Notes under the pieces: generated by a model | What the model was told of the DNA's origin: nothing | The model's database searches: none | What the model saw: only the letters and a program-made list of their open reading frames with translations | Source of the DNA: an uncultured Acidobacteriota bacterium | GTDB lineage: Bacteria; Acidobacteriota; Thermoanaerobaculia; Multivoradales; JAHEKO01 | Length of the DNA: 64,000 bases | Assembly (NCBI GenBank): GCA_963713825.1 | Contig: CAVQNG010000003.1 | Span: 96,001 to 160,000, forward strand | Direction of reading: 5' to 3' | Part shown: positions 57,592 through 64,000 of the stretch, piece after piece | Layout: every line of letters begins with the position of its first letter | Position numbering within the stretch: the first letter of the stretch is position 1 | Position numbers and translations under genes: made by a program

Positions 57592-59073
57592 TTGGAGAGA
57601 CTAGCAAGACGAAATGGAACTTGCGGGATTCTGACTCTGGCATTTCTTTGCCTACCTCTGGCGGCGGCTCGGCCCGTCGAAGCCCAGACAGCAGGAACCC
57701 AGGAATCCGAGTCGGCAGCCACAGAGCCCACAGACGAGATCGAACGCCTCGAGGAACGACTTCGCCGCCTCGAGGAGACCTACCAACGCCAGATTCTTGA
57801 GCTGCAGGAGGAGCTCGCCGAGCTCAGAGAGCAGGTCTCAGAGTCACAAGAGGATCGGCAGCAAGAGGATTTGGAGGCGCTCCTCGCCGAGGCCGAAGAG
57901 CTCACAGCCGAGGAGAAGCTAAAGGAAGAGGTCGCAGAAGACCAGCGCGATACCTTTGTCGGACGAGAGCGCACCCAGCAAGCCCTGAACCCCGAGATCA
58001 GCTTTATTGGAGACTTCTCCTACGATTGGTCCGAGAGCGATATCAAGGACGGTTTCGTGATGCGGGGCGTGGAGATCGGTCTGCAGGCGCCCCTCGATCC
58101 CTATACCCGCTTCAAGGGATTCCTGGCCGGCCATCAAGATCCCTTCGAGTTTCCGTTTCATGATCACGAAGAAGAGGGCGACCACGACGATGTCACGCAC
58201 GAAGACGAACATGCACATGAGGGAGAGATCGGCGTTAACGTCGAAGAGGCCTATATGGAGTGGGTGGCCTTGCCTTTTCACACGCGGCTCCAAGTCGGCA
58301 AGTTTCGACAGCAGTACGGGACCCTCAATCGATGGCACCGTCACGCTCTGCCCAGTGTCGACTCTCCCTTCGCCCTGCAGCATGTCTTCGGTCACGGACT
58401 CATCGGGCTCGGCATCGGCCTGGACTGGCAACTCGGCAAGCTCTGGGCGACGAACAACGGCTTGACCCTGCAGATCACCAACGCTGACAACTCGGCTGCT
58501 TTCGCAGGAGCGGAGTGGAATGATCCGGCGTTTCTGCTACGCCATACTGGGTTCTTCGAACTCGGGCCGGATTCCTATTTCGATCTCGGCCTGAACTGGA
58601 CTCGTGGACCCAACACGGAAACCGGCGATGAGAAGACCGACATCTACGGATTCGACTTCGCCTATGTCTGGGAGCCAACCAATCGGGCCCGATATCGCAG
58701 CCTGGAGTTTCGCGGCGAGTACATCCATACGAACTACGACACCGGGGACACTGCCTCGATAGCCTCCGATTCGTACTACGCCTATCTCTTTGGCCGCTTC
58801 AGCCGACGCTGGATCGTCGGATTACGCTATGACAATGCGGAGCTTCCTGGCTACGGTCACGGAATTTACGACCCCGCGGAGTTTCGAGAGGGCCTCAAGG
58901 ACACCGGCTGGACTCCGTTCTTGACCTACTGGCAGAGTGAGTTCGTGAGACTACGACTGCAGTATCAGAGAATCGATCGCGACTTCATCTCACCCAAGGG
59001 CCCGGAGAAAGACAATCGGCTCTGGCTACAGGTGACGTTCTCAGCGGGTCCGCACAAGCACGAATCCTATTGA
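57592..59073 (+). CDS. Outer-membrane beta-barrel/porin with coiled-coil N-terminus and His/acidic-rich loop (metal uptake)
   Basis: TTG after AGGAG; signal peptide; ALNPEIS, DPY, VEEAY, GTLNRWHRH, SEFVRLRLQY, C-terminal GPHKHESY; HDHEEEGDHDDVTHEDEHAHE loop. Confidence 0.8.
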   Translation: MERLARRNGTCGILTLAFLCLPLAAARPVEAQTAGTQESESAATEPTDEIERLEERLRRLEETYQRQILELQEELAELREQVSESQEDRQQEDLEALLAEAEELTAEEKLKEEVAEDQRDTFVGRERTQQALNPEISFIGDFSYDWSESDIKDGFVMRGVEIGLQAPLDPYTRFKGFLAGHQDPFEFPFHDHEEEGDHDDVTHEDEHAHEGEIGVNVEEAYMEWVALPFHTRLQVGKFRQQYGTLNRWHRHALPSVDSPFALQHVFGHGLIGLGIGLDWQLGKLWATNNGLTLQITNADNSAAFAGAEWNDPAFLLRHTGFFELGPDSYFDLGLNWTRGPNTETGDEKTDIYGFDFAYVWEPTNRARYRSLEFRGEYIHTNYDTGDTASIASDSYYAYLFGRFSRRWIVGLRYDNAELPGYGHGIYDPAEFREGLKDTGWTPFLTYWQSEFVRLRLQYQRIDRDFISPKGPEKDNRLWLQVTFSAGPHKHESY

Positions 59074-59089
59074 TGGTCGAGGAGCAATA

Positions 59090-60190
59090 ATGAAACACAC
59101 ACGCAACTCCAGTCCAATTCTGCTGTCTATCGCCATCGCTCTTACGGTTGGCTTCTTGTGCGCGGCGGAGAATCTCTCAGCTCAACCTGAGGCGGCCTCT
59201 CCTGACAACCCCCTCCAGGTCGTGACAACGATCCCCGACTATGCGTGGGTCGCCCAGGAGATCGGTGGAGACCGGGTCACGGCCGAATCCATCAGTCACG
59301 GCGACCAGGACGCACATTTCGTCCGGCCCAAACCTTCGTTCCAGACCAAGTTGCGCAGCGCCGACCTGTTCATCACGACCGGCCTGGATCTAGAGCTGTG
59401 GGCGCCGACACTCCTCGACGCGGCCGGCAATCGCAACGTTCTCGAGGGGGCACCTGGATACGTTGCGGCTTGGACGGGAATCGAGCTGCTGGACAAGCCA
59501 AGGACCCTGAGTCGTTCCGAAGGCGATGTCCATGTCTACGGCAATCCCCACATTCACACCGACCCACTGAACATGGTGATCGTCGCCCGCAATGTCCTGG
59601 CAGGCCTCGAGAAGGTCGATCCTGCCAATTCCGACTACTACCGGGAGCGGGAAGCCGCCCTGGAGGACCGTCTCTACCGACGGCTCTTCGGAGACGAGCT
59701 CGTCGACCTTCTGGGTGGAGACACCCTGGCCCGCCTTGCCCGTTCGGGCAAGCTAGAGGCTTTCTTGGAGGGCAAGGAGTACCCCAGCGGCAGTGGGTCG
59801 ACTCTCGCCGATCGGCTCGGCGGCTGGTTGAAACAGACCGAGCCGATCCGCGGACGCCAACTGATCGGCTACCACAAGAACTGGATCTACTTCACCAACC
59901 GCTTCGGGCTCGACATGGTCGGGTACGTGGAGCCCAAGCCGGGCATACCGCCTACCCCACGCCATGTTGAGACGATCATGGAGTTGATCCGCGATCAGGG
60001 GATCGACGTGATCCTCTCCGCCAATTACTTCAACCCACAGAAGACGAAGGCCATCGGGGACCGCACGGGAGCCACCGTGGTGACCGTGCCTCTCTACTCG
60101 CAGGGCGAGGCAGGGATCGAGGGCTATGAAGACCTCATCGATGCCTGGCTCGAGAGACTAGTGAGCGCCTTCGAGGCAACGGAAGGATAG
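59090..60190 (+). CDS. Zn/Mn ABC substrate-binding protein (cluster A-I)
   Basis: VVTTIPD, DAHFVRPKPS, GLDLELW, GDVHVYGNPHI, YHKNW, EPKPGIPPTPRH. Confidence 0.92.
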   Translation: MKHTRNSSPILLSIAIALTVGFLCAAENLSAQPEAASPDNPLQVVTTIPDYAWVAQEIGGDRVTAESISHGDQDAHFVRPKPSFQTKLRSADLFITTGLDLELWAPTLLDAAGNRNVLEGAPGYVAAWTGIELLDKPRTLSRSEGDVHVYGNPHIHTDPLNMVIVARNVLAGLEKVDPANSDYYREREAALEDRLYRRLFGDELVDLLGGDTLARLARSGKLEAFLEGKEYPSGSGSTLADRLGGWLKQTEPIRGRQLIGYHKNWIYFTNRFGLDMVGYVEPKPGIPPTPRHVETIMELIRDQGIDVILSANYFNPQKTKAIGDRTGATVVTVPLYSQGEAGIEGYEDLIDAWLERLVSAFEATEG

Positions 60191-60194
60191 CTGT

Positions 60195-61625
60195 ATGCGA
60201 GAGCTGATCGAGTTGATGGCGGCACCCTTCGCGGCTTGCGTGGTCCTGGTTGGTATCCACGCCTACCTTGGTCTCCACGTGATCCAGAGGAAGGTCATCT
60301 TCGTGGATCTGGCGCTGGCGCAGATCGCGGCCCTGGGAGCGACATTCGGTTTTCTGCTCGGCTTGAGCCCTCACAGCCAGACGGCTTATGTCTTCTCCCT
60401 CGCCTTCGCTATCGTCGGCGCCGCCATCTTCGCCCTCACGAGGATGCGACACGAACGGATACCCCAGGAGGCGATCATTGGCATCACCTACGCTGTGGCT
60501 CTGGCACTGGCCATTCTGGTCGCCGATCGCGCCCCCGAAGGTACCGAGCACATCAAAGAGACCCTGACCGGAGCCCTGCTGTGGGTGCGGTGGCCGACCA
60601 TTTTCAAGACGGCCGTGATCTACGCCCTGGTCGGACTTCTTCACGTTGTCCTCCGCAAGCCGTTCTTCGAGATTTCGTTTCATCCCGACCAGGCCTACGC
60701 CCAGGGTCTCAAGGTCCGCTTTTGGGACTTCATCTTCTACGTCACGTTCGCGTTCGTCATCACTTCGTCGGTAGCGATCGCCGGTGTGCTTCTGGTCTTC
60801 TCGTTCCTGGTCATTCCCGCGGTCATCGCCACCCTGTTTGCCGAGAGGATCAGCACGCGGCTCATAATCGGATGGTGCGTTGGTCTTGCGGCCTGTGCAG
60901 TCGGTTTGACCTCGTCGTATCGTTTCGACCTGCCTTCGGGCCCCTCGGTCGTTGCCGCTCTCGGCGGCGCCCTCCTCCTGGCTGGTCTCGTCTACTCGAT
61001 CTGGGGAGCCCCGAGTCGGATCGGAGCGCTGCTGAAGGCAGCCGCTGCGTTGGCCGCCATTGCCCTGGTTGTCGTGGGCCTGAGCATCTTCTTCGCCAGC
61101 AGCACCTTTCTACAGATTGCCCACGAGCACGATTGGGAAGCCGAGAACGAGGAGGAGATTGCCAAAGCCGAGGAACATGCCCATCTTTGGGAGGAGCTCT
61201 CGACGGGGTGTGGAGACGAGGCGCCTTGCATTGCAGACAACCTGCGTGCGGCCCGAGATGGCTGGAATCGACTGAGCCACCACCTTTCCGAAGCCGACAC
61301 CTCGGAGCGTGAGAACTGGCTCGGTGTTCTAGCCGAGATCGATTCGGCGCAGAGCCGGGATCTCGTGGTCGAGCTGGCCGCGACGGAAACGGAGCCCCTG
61401 GTGAGATTGGAGGCCGTGGAGATGCTAGTCGAGCGGGGCGATCCACGAGGTGTCGCTATCGCCCTCGAGCTGCTCGCGCCGACGGTCTCGCCCCTGGTGC
61501 GCGGCGAGGCCTATCAGCTCATCGCAGAGCTGGCCGGCGAGGATTTCGGCTTCGATCCCTTCGGGGCCGAAGAGGCCAACGCCCAAGCCATCGAGCGAAT
61601 CCACGTCTGGGCCGAGGTTCCCTGA
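60195..61625 (+). CDS. Metal ABC permease (ZnuB/ABC-3) with C-terminal HEAT-like extension
   Basis: HAYLGLHV..RKVIFVDLALAQIAALG, EAIIGITY, GVLLVFSFLVIPA, DLPSGP; tail with PLVRLEAVEML...LVRGEA. Confidence 0.88.
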   Translation: MRELIELMAAPFAACVVLVGIHAYLGLHVIQRKVIFVDLALAQIAALGATFGFLLGLSPHSQTAYVFSLAFAIVGAAIFALTRMRHERIPQEAIIGITYAVALALAILVADRAPEGTEHIKETLTGALLWVRWPTIFKTAVIYALVGLLHVVLRKPFFEISFHPDQAYAQGLKVRFWDFIFYVTFAFVITSSVAIAGVLLVFSFLVIPAVIATLFAERISTRLIIGWCVGLAACAVGLTSSYRFDLPSGPSVVAALGGALLLAGLVYSIWGAPSRIGALLKAAAALAAIALVVVGLSIFFASSTFLQIAHEHDWEAENEEEIAKAEEHAHLWEELSTGCGDEAPCIADNLRAARDGWNRLSHHLSEADTSERENWLGVLAEIDSAQSRDLVVELAATETEPLVRLEAVEMLVERGDPRGVAIALELLAPTVSPLVRGEAYQLIAELAGEDFGFDPFGAEEANAQAIERIHVWAEVP

Positions 61626-61914
61626 CGCGAGGCCGCATCGCCTCACTCGAGAATCTGCATCCGAAACGAAGGGACCGCGTTCTCCTGCCTCCGGGCTCAA
61701 GGAGACAACCGCGGCGGTACACCCTTGCAGACGATCGTCGGAAGGACTTTCTACCGACCAACTCGGCGAGAGGGCGGGTAATTTTTCCCCGTTCGATGAC
61801 CAACCCAGAGAATTACGATCTCCCTGATCCGATCGAGACACAGCAGATGCCAGGTGATTCTGATTCAGGCCCACATGGCATCGGCCTTGCATTCTCGAGG
61901 CGACGGATAGGAAT

Positions 61915-62106
61915 ATGCTGAAACTCTTTTGTTGGGTTTGCTTCACCCGCCGCCCTTTTTCGCTTCCCCACCAGTGCCCGATGGCCGTCTGCCGCAAGTG
62001 TGGGAATCCCGAGGGTGCAATGCGTCCACTAGCTCCGTACGAGAGGGCCTGGTATGGGTTGGAGCGGGAGAACCCGACCCAGAACAGCTCCTCGATTGCT
62101 GCTTGA
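61915..62106 (+). CDS. Possible small zinc-ribbon protein
   Basis: 63 aa with CWVC...CRKC; AGGA upstream; fills an otherwise empty gap. Confidence 0.3.
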   Translation: MLKLFCWVCFTRRPFSLPHQCPMAVCRKCGNPEGAMRPLAPYERAWYGLERENPTQNSSSIAA

Positions 62107-62131
62107 CGTCTTCTTCAAGACGAAGCGTGAG

Positions 62132-62962
62132 CTAGCCCCTCATTCGGGACGCTCCGGCTTCGTGCGCCTGCCGGAGGAAATCGGCAATGAGCTGATGGGG
62201 TTGGTCCACCCGCTCGAGAGCTGCGTAGGGCAGCACAGCCCCCGAAAACCCGACTTCACTCCAGACAGCTCCGTCCGGCAGAGGCGAACCGACGAATCCG
62301 TCGGGCTCCGGATAGGCAGTAGCGTAGAAATAGGGATCCGAGATGATCTCGTCTCCGGTGACGAATCCAAAAGTCATCTGCTCGTCGGACCGCTCCTCGT
62401 CTGCCACGTCCTGATCGGGCACTTGCTGGCCCGAGTACCAAGATGTCGCCAGGTCGAAGTGATGAGGAAACAGCTGCACAGGCGAGGTCTCTTGCCGCTG
62501 CCCACCTTTGAAGGCCTTGAAGACCGTATCGATCTGAACCAGCGCCTGCCGAAAACGATCGATGGCCTGCCGGTCCCATTGGCCCTCCGCAGTGTCCGAG
62601 AACGACTCGGCGTCGACGGTCACCTCGACCTCCAGTCCCTTCAAGGCGGCCATGACCTCGGAGTAGAACCTGGCTTGGGATTGTCCTTCCAGGGGTAGCT
62701 CGAGACTCTGCCCTTCACTCGTCAGGATCCGCAGAGCTTGGTGGACAAGATCGAGCCGAAGGCCAAAGTTGCCATTGCCCGAGGGAATCGGAGTGGTGAT
62801 GAAACCCTCCGGCACGACTCGAAGCGTGACATGGGCCCAATGTCGCTGTCGTGAACTCGAGCTACGACGGATGGCGCCCAGCAGTCGGCAGTACCCCTGC
62901 AGGGTGTCCCTGGTCGGTTTCCAGGTCGAAAGGGTCAGATCTGAAAAGCTGGATTGAGTCAT
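62132..62962 (-). CDS. DUF5996-family protein
   Basis: WKPTRDTL, HWAHVTL, SPVQLFPHHFDLA, GFVTGD, PYFYATAYPEP. Confidence 0.82.
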   Translation of the reverse strand: MTQSSFSDLTLSTWKPTRDTLQGYCRLLGAIRRSSSSRQRHWAHVTLRVVPEGFITTPIPSGNGNFGLRLDLVHQALRILTSEGQSLELPLEGQSQARFYSEVMAALKGLEVEVTVDAESFSDTAEGQWDRQAIDRFRQALVQIDTVFKAFKGGQRQETSPVQLFPHHFDLATSWYSGQQVPDQDVADEERSDEQMTFGFVTGDEIISDPYFYATAYPEPDGFVGSPLPDGAVWSEVGFSGAVLPYAALERVDQPHQLIADFLRQAHEAGASRMRG

Positions 62963-63045
62963 CTGGATTCACTCCCTCGAGGTCCTTCGACGGTGCAACC
63001 TTGGTCTTCTTAGCTACGGACCGGATCTAGGCCCGGACTTCTCGA

Positions 63046-64000
63046 TCACCGACACGAAACGAAGCGCACGCTACTCTGATTGTCTCGAATCACCTCGCCC
63101 AGTGCCGCCAGGACGTAGTCGATATCGTCCTCGTCGGTGTCCACTCCCAGCGAGAGACGCACCGCGCAGTGTGCCTCGTCTTCGGTGAGACCGATGGACT
63201 TCAGCACATGAGAGGGAGCCGGGTTCCCCGACTTGCAGGCAGAGCCCGAGGAGAAGTAAACCCCATGGCGGTCGAGGAAGAGAACCAGGGACTCGCCACG
63301 CATTTCAGGCAACGACAGATTGAGGGTATTCGGCAGGCGCTCCCGCGCGTGACCATTGAGCTTCGCATCGGGCACCAGCTCTCGAATCCCAGCTTCCAGC
63401 CGGTCACGCAAGGTGGCAATCCGCTCCGGTTCCCTCTGACTCAACCAACGGGCAGCAAGATCGCAGGCCTTACCAAATCCGACGATTCCCGGCACGTTCT
63501 CGGTGCCTGAACGCAGCTTGCGCTCTTGTCCGCCTCCATCGATCAGGGGAGACAGGGGGATGCCTTTCTTCACGTACAGCGCCCCCACACCTTTGGGACC
63601 GTGCGCCTTGTGCGCCGAGAGTGACAGCAGGTCGACATCGAGCTCCTTCACATCGATGGAGATCTTGCCGAGAGCCTGAACCGCATCGGTATGAAAGAGA
63701 ACGCCCTGCTCGTGGGCGAGCTCGGACGAGCTCGGCGATCGGTTGCAGCGTGCCGATCTCGTTGTTGGCCATCATCACACTGGCCAGAATCGTCTCGGCA
63801 CGTAGGGCTGCAGCAAAACGCTGCCGATCGACCCGGCCTGCGGCATCGACTTCGAGCACCGTGGTCTCGAACCCGAAGGGTTCCAGACCCTTGCAGGCCT
63901 CGAGCACCGCCGGATGCTCGATAGCCGTCGTGATGATGTGGTTCCCCTTCTCCCGGAGCGCGAATGCGAGCCCTTTGATCGCCAGGTTGTCTGCTTCGCT
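63046..64000 (-). CDS. iscS: Cysteine desulfurase (IscS/NifS class V PLP); partial at the right edge, with a +1 frameshift near 63726
   Basis: SEADNLAIKG, IEHPAV, MANNEIGTLQP, then after the shift FHTDAVQ, SAHKAHGPKG, RSGTENV, SSGSACKSG. Confidence 0.8.

Overview
A 64 kb GC-rich bacterial window, most likely from an Acidobacteriota genome or MAG. The taxon is inferred from an ADOP-type duplicated orphan permease and a secreted protein with an 'IFxDxFExGD..W'-type C-terminal tail. Left to right it contains: part of a C30 (diapo)carotenoid cluster; dsbA/dsbB; a glycosyltransferase; an octaheme HAO-family cytochrome c; gene remnants and cassette-like small genes; a radical SAM/DUF547 pair; a KamA-like radical SAM aminomutase divergent from an RpiR-pcaI-pcaJ-pcaF-beta-aminotransferase operon; tRNA-Gln(CTG) and tRNA-Ser(GCT); core genes (tkt, gltX, glnS, cmk, purL, purQ); a family of intergenic palindromic repeats; Rrf2-Rid-aroF; Nramp; a membrane-anchored divergent HMG-CoA-lyase-like gene coupled to a transmembrane histone-fold protein; slyD; an RRM protein with an apparent ATC start; a beta/gamma-crystallin repeat protein; GntR-activase-hypD; a CxxC/RGPP leader peptide ahead of a metal-uptake operon; and a partial cysteine desulfurase. 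The two best candidates for undescribed systems are (1) a putative radical 2,3-aminomutase + beta-transaminase route feeding a dicarboxylic amino acid (most simply 2-aminoadipate) into 3-oxoadipate catabolism (16466-22815), and (2) the lyase-2TM / histone-fold-2TM pair (44445-46270). All family assignments and alignments were made by eye from recalled motifs; no searches were run. Several single-base frameshifts may be assembly errors.
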